A stretch of 64,000 nucleotides of DNA from Candidatus Dormiibacterota bacterium (GCA_035635555.1 DASQAT010000028.1:7885-71884); one strand, 5' to 3'. Counted from the first letter of the stretch, positions 26,589-35,244 are shown. Notes: a model not told the origin generated them from the sequence alone. A program made the numbers and translations.

Positions 26589-27464
26589 TTACTTCTGGTC
26601 CCGTCGACTCGCGGAATGGGCCCAGACGACCGCGCTGAAAGCTGCGTACTGCTCCTGACTCAAGACATTCCCGAAGGTCGCGTCGACATCGATCTTCGCG
26701 CCGTTGAGATCGGCAGCGACCTTGGCGAGGGAATGAGCCCGATCGAAGGCGTCCATGATTCGCGGGTCGGACATTCTCGGGTAGACTTTCGAGATCGCCA
26801 CGCCACGCGGACCCAAGGGCGCCCTGACCGTCTGGGCGGTCTTGAAGATCTGCTCGGCAATCTCGTCGACGAGGATTCCGATCGCCTTCGCCTTCAGATC
26901 GGAAGCTTCCTGCTGCAGGAACTCACGCTGGCGCTGCTCCTTCGCGATCTCTCTCTCGTCGACCTCCACCGTCTCGGCGAGATCGAGGAGGGCTTCGATG
27001 ACTTCCAGCGGGACAGGCAGCTTGCGGAGTTCATATTGCGTGCGCTGCTCCTTCAACCGGGAGAGTGCGAATTTCCTCTGCTCCCGATCAGCGCGGATCT
27101 TCAGCCGCTCTGATTCCGCGGGACAGGCTTCGAGGATCTCTTGCGCAGCCGCGAGGAGATGGCGGCAGTTCTCGACGAAGTTGGCGAGGTCCTTCTTCTG
27201 CCCTGGGGTGGCAGCGTTGGCGAGCCGGGCTTCAGCTTCAGCGAGGACGCCGACGCAGGAGTCGCGGTTCTGACTCAGCGTCGGCGAGAAGTAATCCGGG
27301 TAAGTGGCGCGGCATTTCCACTCCGCCTGGTGGGCCTCAGCAGATGCCTTGGCCCAGGATTTCGGGACGGAATCGCCGAGGACTTCGAGCGCCCGGGGGA
27401 TGCTGGAGGTCTGGCTGAAATCCCCACGCCAGTGGGAGGGGACGTGGCCGTTAGAATTGCTCAA
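26589..27464 (-). CDS. Hypothetical coiled-coil protein (291 aa)
   Basis: The central Glu/Arg/Lys-rich helical region runs from EQRKFALSRLKEQRTQYELRKL to REFLQQEASDLKAKA. No catalytic motif. Confidence 0.45.
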   Translation of the reverse strand: MSNSNGHVPSHWRGDFSQTSSIPRALEVLGDSVPKSWAKASAEAHQAEWKCRATYPDYFSPTLSQNRDSCVGVLAEAEARLANAATPGQKKDLANFVENCRHLLAAAQEILEACPAESERLKIRADREQRKFALSRLKEQRTQYELRKLPVPLEVIEALLDLAETVEVDEREIAKEQRQREFLQQEASDLKAKAIGILVDEIAEQIFKTAQTVRAPLGPRGVAISKVYPRMSDPRIMDAFDRAHSLAKVAADLNGAKIDVDATFGNVLSQEQYAAFSAVVWAHSASRRDQK

Positions 27465-27708
27465 CGTGATTCTCCTTGCGAAGGCCCTTCGGGAGCCTCG
27501 CGTTGAATTGCTTGCACGCGCTTCGGATTCGGGACTCGGAAGGCGATCGGCCCAGCCAGCAGATCACCCGCTCCCGCCTGGGCGAGCTTGAGATCTGCTC
27601 GACGAGATAGCCGTAAATCGCGCCGTCCGGTCGCACGCTCAGGCGCACTGAGCGCGTCTTGGAACTGGCCGAGCGGACAAGCCTCCGGCCGCTGCGGGTT
27701 TGGGACAT
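27451..27708 (-). CDS. Small basic hypothetical protein (85 aa)
   Basis: Overlaps the downstream ORF by 14 nt. Arg-rich. Possibly nucleic-acid binding. Confidence 0.35.
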   Translation of the reverse strand: MSQTRSGRRLVRSASSKTRSVRLSVRPDGAIYGYLVEQISSSPRRERVICWLGRSPSESRIRSACKQFNARLPKGLRKENHVEQF

Positions 27709-27815
27709 GGGTTCGGGTCTCCTAGAGGGTGGTCTTCTGCTCAGTTAGGACTATACCGCGCAGAGGGGGTGCTTGTCAACCGAAATCGTTGGAAACAATG
27801 GACTTGCAAGGTCGC

Positions 27816-28070
27816 TCACCCCTCCGCGCTGATAGCAGATCGATCTCTGAGCCAGCGGACCACAACTTGCAAATCGTGCCTTCGATGCCGGTGCTTCCCG
27901 AGGCCCAGATCTGCGGCCACGGGCAAGCCGACCCGCAGCATGCGCTTGTAGGCGCTCCCGCTCATCTTGAAGTGATGGCGAAGCTCCGCGCCGGTGAGCA
28001 GCGGCTGGGGCGCTTCATCTGGGCGAGCCTTCGGCAGAGGAGGTCTCTTCGGGTCCATGTCGGGGACCAT
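27816..28070 (-). CDS. AlpA/excisionase-family helix-turn-helix DNA-binding protein
   Basis: LTGAELRHHFKMSGSAYKRMLRVGLPVAAD is the MerR/AlpA-type HTH seen in phage Xis and PICI AlpA proteins. Confidence 0.6.
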   Translation of the reverse strand: MVPDMDPKRPPLPKARPDEAPQPLLTGAELRHHFKMSGSAYKRMLRVGLPVAADLGLGKHRHRRHDLQVVVRWLRDRSAISAEG

Positions 28071-28150
28071 ACCCCCACCTGATCGGTTCGTCGAGCGGAA
28101 TCGTCAGCAACCTTGGGGCGTGGGTTTGATAGCAGGAGGGGGAGCGGGAG

Positions 28151-29005
28151 CTACTTGAAGTCCGGATAGTAATCCGCGCTCGTGAACTGTGGCGGACCCT
28201 CTTCGTCCTCGTCCATCCAGACGATCCTCCCGAAGGGGGAGAACTCCTCTTTGAATCGGCGCCATAGCTGGGGGGCAACACACACGGCGATGGTGCCTTG
28301 CTTCGGAGAGTGCTTCGTCCCTCCGGGCGTGCGGTAGCGGAGATCACGATTGAAGATGCAGATCGGGAAGGCCAGCATCGGGGCGAACCAGGGCATGGCG
28401 AGGTGGCCACGGTTGAGGATCACGATCGCGGAGTACACATTGCCATCGCGCTGGCGGAAGGAGGAATAGACCTTCTCGACGAACCTCCCGGTGTCCTTGC
28501 ACCAGGGCGGGTTGTGAAACATCCTCTCCGCTTCCCAGCGCTGATTCAGTCCATCGATCCCAGCCGAGCCCGGCTCAGGGCGCAGGGAGAAGAATCGCTC
28601 CGCGTCGACGATCTTGTTGGCCTCGGTGCAGGAAGCCGGATCGAGGTTGAATCGCCCGCCGAGGACCCTTCTGGCAGCATCGACGACCTCGATGGGGGTA
28701 TACCACTCGTCTGAAAACGACACTTTGTCGCTTTCGTCCGGGTCCGGGAGCCAGGTCTCGTTGGCCTGGACCCTCCGTGCCCATTTCATCCATCTCTGGG
28801 CGGTGCGCTTGTCGAAGATGCGGACGTTCTCGGCGAGGTAGGCTTCCCACTTCCCGTGACCGACCTTCTCCTTCGCTTCGATCAGCCGGAGCCCGAGGAT
28901 GTAGTTATTCTCCCGACGGGTCCGCATGAGGCTTTGGATGTCGGCGGTGATCTCCTCCAGGGTATCGAGGGGCAGGACAATCGGCAGGATCGCGGGGTCG
29001 AACAT
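28151..29005 (-). CDS. Orphan phage-type DNA N6-adenine methyltransferase (Dam family, PF05869-like)
   Basis: NPPW (NPPY/W catalytic motif IV) occurs in …ERMFHNPPWCKDTGRFVEK…. The EWYTPIEVVDAARRVLG N-terminal motif is typical of phage Dam. No adjacent restriction endonuclease. Confidence 0.75.
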   Translation of the reverse strand: MFDPAILPIVLPLDTLEEITADIQSLMRTRRENNYILGLRLIEAKEKVGHGKWEAYLAENVRIFDKRTAQRWMKWARRVQANETWLPDPDESDKVSFSDEWYTPIEVVDAARRVLGGRFNLDPASCTEANKIVDAERFFSLRPEPGSAGIDGLNQRWEAERMFHNPPWCKDTGRFVEKVYSSFRQRDGNVYSAIVILNRGHLAMPWFAPMLAFPICIFNRDLRYRTPGGTKHSPKQGTIAVCVAPQLWRRFKEEFSPFGRIVWMDEDEEGPPQFTSADYYPDFK

Positions 29006-29086
29006 GGGCCCTCCGCGACGGAATCTAGCTCACTCTGGCCGGCGGTGCCAGGGGGACCCCGGGCGCGGTGCGGGCGGAGGTAAGTC

Positions 29087-29812
29087 CTATCGGGGCCAGG
29101 GAGGCCACGACAACGAATAGAATATCTCGCAGATGAAGCCGACGAGAAACCACAGCCCGATACTCGCGAGGATCAGCGCGGGGACGTGGCCCAACCACAG
29201 GCTCTTCGGGTAGGGAACCCTGCCAGGATTATCAATGACCCGTTGCACCTCGTCCCGCGCTCGCTTCCACGTGGAGTGCAACCCGTCCTGATCGGCCGCG
29301 GTGCCGATCCCTCGCACATGGATGTCCCTGTTCAACCGGAAAAGCTCATCGAACCACGCAGGAGGTACCGCGCCGCGATCTCTCGCCGCGGCCATCGCCT
29401 GGCGACCCTCGTCGCGCCATACGAAATCCCGGTGCGATCGAAGGAGCCCACGGAAGTGCTCGATCGCCGTCTCCAGCGAGGCCATAGCTGACCGGAGCCC
29501 CTCGGGAACGGGCATGCGGTAGGCGACCCGGTTGAACTCGTGAATGTGATCGGAAGGGAAATCATTGACCGACCACAGAGGCTCGCGCCAGGTTGGGGAA
29601 GGAGCGCCTGCGGCCGGGTACTCGGTCTGAGCCCAGTGTCCGATGAACACAAGATCGTTCATCACCTGCCTGAGATGCTGACGGGCCTCGTCCCACTTCT
29701 CGCGTCGTCCTTCCCAAGCGTCCAGCGCATACACTATCCACGCGACCACCGGCGCCAGGCTGACCGATGTGCCGGTGATGAGGTTCTTGAGATTCTCAAT
29801 GGGATCGGACAT
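29087..29812 (-). CDS. Hypothetical protein with a C-terminal TM anchor (241 aa), first gene inside the island
   Basis: C-terminal GHVPALILASIGLWFLVGFICEIFYSLSW is a TM segment. The rest is a soluble Trp/Arg-rich domain. Confidence 0.45.
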   Translation of the reverse strand: MSDPIENLKNLITGTSVSLAPVVAWIVYALDAWEGRREKWDEARQHLRQVMNDLVFIGHWAQTEYPAAGAPSPTWREPLWSVNDFPSDHIHEFNRVAYRMPVPEGLRSAMASLETAIEHFRGLLRSHRDFVWRDEGRQAMAAARDRGAVPPAWFDELFRLNRDIHVRGIGTAADQDGLHSTWKRARDEVQRVIDNPGRVPYPKSLWLGHVPALILASIGLWFLVGFICEIFYSLSWPPWPR

Positions 29813-29827
29813 CTGGCCCCTGATCCC

Positions 29828-29844
29828 GCGGCTCTGTCGCGGCT
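29828..29844. repeat. 17-nt direct repeat gcggctctgtcgcggct (copy 2; ~135 nt inside the attL-side repeat)
   Basis: Identical to 20668..20684. Confidence 0.4.
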
Positions 29845-29977
29845 ATTTCGAGCGCCACCCCTGGTCCATCGGGGCCTGATCGGGATCTTCCTGGCCTCAC
29901 CGCGCTCAGGAGCCCCGAATCCAGGCCATCCCGCAGGCCCTAGAGCAGCGCGGGGTTGCGGCGAACCGGGGCTCTAC

Positions 29978-30017
29978 TTTGAAGTCCGCGCAGGACACCA
30001 GCCCCGAGGCGCTTCCG
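29978..30017. repeat. 40-bp direct repeat (partial tRNA-Sec 5'-half copy; att site at the far island end)
   Basis: Identical to 20549..20588. Only tRNA nt 1-39 are present, so this is a remnant, not a functional tRNA. Confidence 0.85.
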
Positions 30018-30068
30018 TCGAGCGAACTCGCGCCATTGTATCGCAAACGGCGCGGAGATCGGATTGCG

Positions 30069-31706
30069 CTAGTGGCCGATCGTCGCCACGTACACCTGCC
30101 AGCTGCTCCCGGGAACCTGCTGCTGTGCATAGGCGACATACGCGCGCGTCCCCGAGGAAGCGATACCGAGGTAGTCGTTCCCTACACCGAACCCGGGGGC
30201 GAGAGGGGTGAGGCGGACATTCGGGGCCCAGGAGATCCCGCCGTCCACCGACCAGGAATAATAGACGTCGAGCGGCTGAGTCCACGAGCCGCCGTATGTC
30301 TTCGGGCTCGAGTTGCGATAGTCGAACCAGGCGATGTCGAGCCGGCCGTTTCCGCCGACGGACAGAGTCGGCTTCCACCGGTCTACGATATCGTCGGGAA
30401 GAACATCGTCCACCCGGACCGGGGCGCTCCAGGTCGCGCCGGCGTCCGATGACCTGATGACGTAGATGTCTCGATGAATGACCGGCTGCAGCTGTAGTGC
30501 CACGAACGCTATCCACACCCTTGAGGGGTTGGCGGGATCGGTGGCGCTCCACATTTCGTCCGGGATCGTCGTGGGAGTCCGGTTGAATACACACAGGGGA
30601 TTCGGGAAGCTGCCCCCACCGTCGGTCGATTTGAGGAGACCGATACCGATTCCAGACGGACAGAGAGGACCATAGGAGCCCCCCGCGAGGTACACCGTCC
30701 CATCCTGCGCCACGGCGATGTTCTGAAAATCGCCGGCCGGGTCGGCGTTGTCGTCTCCCGCGATGAACGCCTGGTCCCAATCGGTCCCCCCGGCGGGGAA
30801 GCGGCGGAAGGCCCAGAACCAGCCACCATCGCAGCTCCCGTCCCCGTTGGTGTCGACGCTCATTCTCGTGACGACGTATTGATTGTCCCGGTACTGGGAG
30901 GTGGAGCTTCGATCGGCGCCCAGTTTCGGGTAATCGAAGCGAAGGGTCGAGTTCGCGCAGGCGGTCTTCAGGGAACCGTCCTTGAACCGCACCAAGGTGT
31001 CTGAATTGAAGGCGTACGTGGGGGTGGCGAAGGTGGCCCCACCATCGGTCGAACGCGCCACGATCAGGCCTCCCCGCACGGCGCCAACGTCCCCGTCGAT
31101 GAGATTGCTCACAAGGACGTTTCCGGCGGAATCGAATCGGATGTTGGTGTCGCCCATGTAGATCGGCCCCGGCCCCACGCCCGGGCTCCACTGGGCGCCC
31201 CCGTCCGACGAATGGAACGCGGGATAGGGGACTGAATCAGGCCCAGGTTGCCAGGGCACATCGTGGACCGACAGAGCCAGTTTCTGGGGGTCGAGGGGAC
31301 TGACGTCGATGTTCGTCTCGCCAAACGAGTTCGGGATCGCCGTGGTCCTGAACTCGAGGATATTCCGTGTGGTCTGGCCTCCCAGGTTGGACTGATCGAT
31401 TACCTCGAGCCGGATGTTTTTCGTGCCGAAGGCTCCGTACTGGACATTGATGATCCTCCCCGTGGAGAAGCTCGTGTCCCACACGCCGTCGTTCTGGAAG
31501 TCCCACCGGAAGCGCAATCGGTCGAGGGGTGTCTTGTCGTCCGTCGTGCACGACGCGTCGAGCGCGTAGGTGGTCCCTTCCACCCCGTAACCTGGGCTGG
31601 GAGTGAAGCAGGCGACGGGCGCCAGATTCTTTGCCGCCTCGACGGGAGGGGCAAAGGCCACCAGCACGAGCAGGACGAATGCGACGGTCACCGCGTCACA
31701 TTTCAT
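30069..31706 (-). CDS. Secreted BNR/Asp-box repeat protein (sialidase-like / glycosyl hydrolase-like beta-propeller) with an N-terminal PKD-like domain
   Basis: Signal peptide MKCDAVTVAFVLLVLVAFAPPVEA. PKD-like RFRWDFQNDGVWDT. Multiple Asp-box SxDxGxTW-like motifs (SSDGGAQWS, STDGGATFA, STDGGGSFP, SSDAGATWS, SVDGGISWA). Confidence 0.7.
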   Translation of the reverse strand: MKCDAVTVAFVLLVLVAFAPPVEAAKNLAPVACFTPSPGYGVEGTTYALDASCTTDDKTPLDRLRFRWDFQNDGVWDTSFSTGRIINVQYGAFGTKNIRLEVIDQSNLGGQTTRNILEFRTTAIPNSFGETNIDVSPLDPQKLALSVHDVPWQPGPDSVPYPAFHSSDGGAQWSPGVGPGPIYMGDTNIRFDSAGNVLVSNLIDGDVGAVRGGLIVARSTDGGATFATPTYAFNSDTLVRFKDGSLKTACANSTLRFDYPKLGADRSSTSQYRDNQYVVTRMSVDTNGDGSCDGGWFWAFRRFPAGGTDWDQAFIAGDDNADPAGDFQNIAVAQDGTVYLAGGSYGPLCPSGIGIGLLKSTDGGGSFPNPLCVFNRTPTTIPDEMWSATDPANPSRVWIAFVALQLQPVIHRDIYVIRSSDAGATWSAPVRVDDVLPDDIVDRWKPTLSVGGNGRLDIAWFDYRNSSPKTYGGSWTQPLDVYYSWSVDGGISWAPNVRLTPLAPGFGVGNDYLGIASSGTRAYVAYAQQQVPGSSWQVYVATIGH

Positions 31707-31797
31707 GAGGGATTCCCTCCATGTTGTCGTCGAAGATTTTGTTGGTGTTTATACGCCATCGACGAACCGCGTGCAACAGGAAGATTCCCCGCTCGGT

Positions 31798-32145
31798 TCA
31801 CCAGGTGACGTTCCAGGCCGCGCCGATGTCGCCGCCGCTCACGAACAGGAGCGAGCCTGTGTAGCGGCCGCGGGACAGACTGAAGATCGAGTTGTAGTGC
31901 TCACCGTTGTAGGTCACGAGTGCGGACAGACTCTCGGTCACGGCGACGTTGACCCCGCCGATGAACCGCAGGCGGTCGTCGTACGTGCCATAGGCCGCCC
32001 CGGCATACGGCGCGATCGGCACGCGCAGGAGCGGCTTGAGAGTCTTGCTGAAGGTGGCGTAGTAGGCGTGACCCGAAGGAGTGCCGATCCGATCGGTGCT
32101 CGTCCCCAGGATGAGCGCCGGGCGGCGAGTCGTCTCCTGCATCAC
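31798..32145 (-). CDS. Hypothetical protein / possible truncated outer-membrane beta-barrel C-terminal fragment
   Basis: The ORF ends in an aromatic residue (…AAWNVTW) with alternating hydrophobic beta-strand patterns. Its reading frame stays open a further 66 codons upstream (to the stop at ~32344-32346) with no start codon. This suggests a degraded or nonstandard gene. Confidence 0.3.
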   Translation of the reverse strand: MMQETTRRPALILGTSTDRIGTPSGHAYYATFSKTLKPLLRVPIAPYAGAAYGTYDDRLRFIGGVNVAVTESLSALVTYNGEHYNSIFSLSRGRYTGSLLFVSGGDIGAAWNVTW

Positions 32146-32352
32146 CAGCCAGTTCGCCAGCGGCGCGACTTCATCGGCCTTCGGGTTGTACTCGACGCCG
32201 GCGGTGAACGTCCTCAGGAACCGGTAGGTCAGGGTGAAGCGCCACGTGGCTCGCGGGATCTGGTTGTTGATCCAGCGGGCGCTGAAGATCCATCTCTCTT
32301 CGAGCGATTCGGCGGTCCCCCGGACCGCCCGGCCTTCGCCGGGTCAGAGAGG

Positions 32353-32982
32353 TCAGCTGGGGACGAGAGACGGTCCGTCCAGCCCGACCCCCGCGCCGTG
32401 GTGATGATCGTGTTCGTGGCCGCCGGTGGCGGCGGGCGGGATCGGCACTCCGACCGGTGGGGAGGGCGCGGGAGCCGATCTGTCCCCGAGCAGCCAGTCG
32501 ATCCACCGATTGAGTCCCGCCTCGTCGATGATGCCGGGCGCACGCGCGACCACGGTGCCGTCGCGGTCGATGATCGCCGTCGCCGGCAGAGCCGTGCCGA
32601 GTCCCAGGCGTTGCATGTCGACCGTTGTCGCGCCGATCCAGATCGGGAAATGGATGCGCTGCTCCTGAACGAACGCTTGGACTGCGCGTTCATTCCCTGC
32701 CTCATCCGCGGACGCGCCGATCACCTGCACCCCCTCGGCCGCCCGGTGCTCCTGCAGCCTGACGAAGACCGGCATCTCCTTGCGGCAGGGGATGCACCAC
32801 GTCGCCCAGAAGTTCACCACCACGATCCTGCCCTCGAGGTCTTTGAGGTCGCGCGTGCGGCCTTCGAGATCCTGGAGCACGAGCGTAGTCCGGCTCCCCG
32901 TCGCCGGCGGCTCTTCGGCCGCTCCTGCCTGGAGCGCCGAGGCCGAGAGGATTAGGCCCAGCACCAGAGCCGTTTCAGTCAT
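32353..32982 (-). CDS. TlpA-family periplasmic thiol:disulfide oxidoreductase with a His-rich C-terminal tail
   Basis: Signal peptide, WCIPC active site (VVNFWATWCIPCRKEMP). The tail GGHEHDHHHGAG suggests metal binding. Confidence 0.8.
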   Translation of the reverse strand: MTETALVLGLILSASALQAGAAEEPPATGSRTTLVLQDLEGRTRDLKDLEGRIVVVNFWATWCIPCRKEMPVFVRLQEHRAAEGVQVIGASADEAGNERAVQAFVQEQRIHFPIWIGATTVDMQRLGLGTALPATAIIDRDGTVVARAPGIIDEAGLNRWIDWLLGDRSAPAPSPPVGVPIPPAATGGHEHDHHHGAGVGLDGPSLVPS

Positions 32983-33458
32983 GGCGGCCCACCTCGACCG
33001 GATTCGACTTCCGGCACATCGACGCTGAGCGGCGCCTCCTGGTCGCAGGTGAAGGAAGCGATGAACCGGACCGGCTCCCTGTCGCTGGCATTGGCGGAGA
33101 TCAGATGAATGCCGTTGGGGTCTTCATAGAAGCTCTCGCCGGCCCGGTAGATCGCTTCGGGCTGACCCTTCACCTGCGTCCGGTAAGCCCCTTCGACGAC
33201 ATAGCCGATCACCGGGCAGGGATGACTGTGAGGGGGGGAGGACCCGCCGGGTCCGTACGTGACCTCCACCACCGTGACGCCGAGATGGCTGCCATCCATC
33301 CGGGGCAGCGCCTGGGACATCACGGTGCGGTCCTTCTCGTCGGCGGCGCGGGGGCGCAGGTGACCGGAATTGCAGCCGAGCACGGCAGCGCACAGCATCC
33401 CTGCGGCAAGTCCGGTCCGCAGCCTGCGTGGCGGGGAATCGTCCGAAGATCCGAACAT
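32979..33458 (-). CDS. Cupin-domain lipoprotein
   Basis: The lipoprotein-like N-terminus LCAAVLGCNSG carries a lipobox. Cupin motifs are G(X)5HxH…(PHSHPCPVIGYVVEG) and …GIHLI…. The stop overlaps the TlpA start as ATGA. Confidence 0.65.
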   Translation of the reverse strand: MFGSSDDSPPRRLRTGLAAGMLCAAVLGCNSGHLRPRAADEKDRTVMSQALPRMDGSHLGVTVVEVTYGPGGSSPPHSHPCPVIGYVVEGAYRTQVKGQPEAIYRAGESFYEDPNGIHLISANASDREPVRFIASFTCDQEAPLSVDVPEVESGRGGPP

Positions 33459-33519
33459 GCTTCAAGCCTAGCATGGCTCGCGCCCCATAGTATGATGACG
33501 CCCTCAGTCGGGAGACGGC

Positions 33520-35217
33520 ATGCCGGCAGGAGATCGCGAAACGCTCGACGTGGACGTGCTGTTCGTCGGAGGGGGGCCGGCGGGACTCGCGGGCGCCATC
33601 CGGCTGCGGCAGCTCCTGAAGGCGCGCAACGAGACGATCAAGAAGGAGGGGACAGGGACGCCGCTCGATCTCTCGGTGGCCCTCCTGGAGAAGGGGAGGG
33701 AGATCGGATCGCACGCGATCTCGGGGGCGGTCCTCGATCCCAAGGCCCTGCGCGAGTTGTACCCGGATTTCGAAGCGCGCGGCTGCCCGCTCGAGAGCCC
33801 GGTCACCGACGACGGCGTCTGGTTCCTCACGCGTCACGGGAAGCTGCCGCTGCCGATCGTCCCGCCACCCCTGCGCAACCACGGCAACTACGTCGCTTCG
33901 CTCGGCAAGGTCGTCCGCTGGCTGGCGCAGCAGGCCGAAGCGGAGGGGGTCGATCTCTTCCCCGGGTTCGCGGCGGCCGAGCCGCTCCTCGACGGCGACA
34001 GGGTCATCGGCGTGCGCACGGGGGACAAGGGGATCGATCGCGAGGGCCGGAGGAAGGCGAACTTCGAGCCGGGGATCGACATTCGCGCCAAGGTCACGGT
34101 TCTCGCCGAAGGACCGCGCGGCACGCTCACCAAGGCGCTCGTCAACCGGTTCCACCTCGACCAGGCCCGGAACCCGCAAGTCTATGCGGTCGGGATCAAA
34201 GAGGTCTGGGAGTGCCCGAAGGGGAGTCTGCCGAAGGGGCGCGTCACCCACACGCTCGGGTTCCCGCTCGACCGCGAGACGTTCGGCGGGGCGTTCATCT
34301 ACACCATGGCGGAGGACCTGCTCGACATCGGTCTGGTCGTCGGCCTCGACTACAGGAACCCGCGCCTCGACCCGCACGCGCTGTTCCAGACGCTGAAGAC
34401 CCACCCGGCCATCGCCCCGATGCTGCGCGGTGCGAAAATCCTGTCGTACGGCGCCAAGGCGATCCCCGAGGGGGGGATCTACGCCATGCCGCGGCCGCAC
34501 CTCGCGGGGTGTCTCATCGCCGGGGACTCGGCGTCGATGCTGAACGCCATGCGGCTGAAGGGGATTCACACGGCGATGAAGGCGGGGATGCTCGCCGCCG
34601 AGACGATCCTCGAGGCGCTGGTCGCGAACGACACGTCGGAGGCGTTCCTGTCACGCTACGAGAAGCGCTTCCGCGACTCGTGGGCGGGGCGCGAGCTGTG
34701 GAAGGTGCGCAACTTCCACGCCGGGTTCCGGGGCGGGCTCGTGCCGGGGCTTATCCACTCGGCGCTGCAGATGATCTCGGGGGGGCGGGGCCTGCGCGAC
34801 CCTCTGCCGTCGGAGCCGGGGCACACGCGGATGCGGACCATGCGCGCCCAGTTCGGGGACACGCCGCCTCCGCCCGACGAAGTGTCGCCGCGGTACGACA
34901 ATCCATTGATGCTCGACAAGCTGACCGACGTGTTCCACTCCGGCACGAAGCACGACGAGGATCAGCCGGTGCACCTCCTGGTCGCCGACACGTCGATCTG
35001 CGAGACCCGCTGCGCCGTCGAGTACGACAATCCGTGCCGGCACTTCTGCCCGGCGGCCGTCTACGAGATGGTGCCGAAGGAGGGGGGCGGCAAGCGGCTG
35101 CAGATCAACGCCAGCAACTGCGTGCACTGCAAGACCTGCGACATCATGGATCCCTATCAGATCATCACATGGGTGCCTCCGGAGGGTGGCGGCGGCCCCG
35201 AGTACGTCAAGCTCTAG
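33520..35217 (+). CDS. Electron-transfer flavoprotein:ubiquinone oxidoreductase (ETF-QO, FixC-like, C-terminal 4Fe-4S ferredoxin-like domain)
   Basis: FAD-binding GxGxxG DVLFVGGGPAGLAGA. C-terminal CxxCxxCxxxCP-like region …CVHCKTCDIMDP…. Confidence 0.85.
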   Translation: MPAGDRETLDVDVLFVGGGPAGLAGAIRLRQLLKARNETIKKEGTGTPLDLSVALLEKGREIGSHAISGAVLDPKALRELYPDFEARGCPLESPVTDDGVWFLTRHGKLPLPIVPPPLRNHGNYVASLGKVVRWLAQQAEAEGVDLFPGFAAAEPLLDGDRVIGVRTGDKGIDREGRRKANFEPGIDIRAKVTVLAEGPRGTLTKALVNRFHLDQARNPQVYAVGIKEVWECPKGSLPKGRVTHTLGFPLDRETFGGAFIYTMAEDLLDIGLVVGLDYRNPRLDPHALFQTLKTHPAIAPMLRGAKILSYGAKAIPEGGIYAMPRPHLAGCLIAGDSASMLNAMRLKGIHTAMKAGMLAAETILEALVANDTSEAFLSRYEKRFRDSWAGRELWKVRNFHAGFRGGLVPGLIHSALQMISGGRGLRDPLPSEPGHTRMRTMRAQFGDTPPPPDEVSPRYDNPLMLDKLTDVFHSGTKHDEDQPVHLLVADTSICETRCAVEYDNPCRHFCPAAVYEMVPKEGGGKRLQINASNCVHCKTCDIMDPYQIITWVPPEGGGGPEYVKL

Positions 35218-35244
35218 GAGGGTGAAGGGTCCCGAGGAGGGCCG

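Larger units (their letters stand above)
20549..30017. mobile_element. ~9.4 kb integrative island (satellite/PICI-like) inserted in the 5' half of tRNA-Sec
   Basis: It is bounded by perfect 40-bp direct repeats. A tyrosine integrase sits next to the intact tRNA. It also carries an RHH protein, a P-loop primase-like protein, an AlpA-like HTH protein and a phage-type Dam MTase. All genes are on the minus strand. GC is ~60% against ~68-70% in the flanks. Confidence 0.8.

Noticed and set aside
29940-30020. A second tRNA gene at the island far end
   Set aside because: Only 40 nt (tRNA nt 1-39) are present. There is no D/T/acceptor 3' half, so it is an att remnant.
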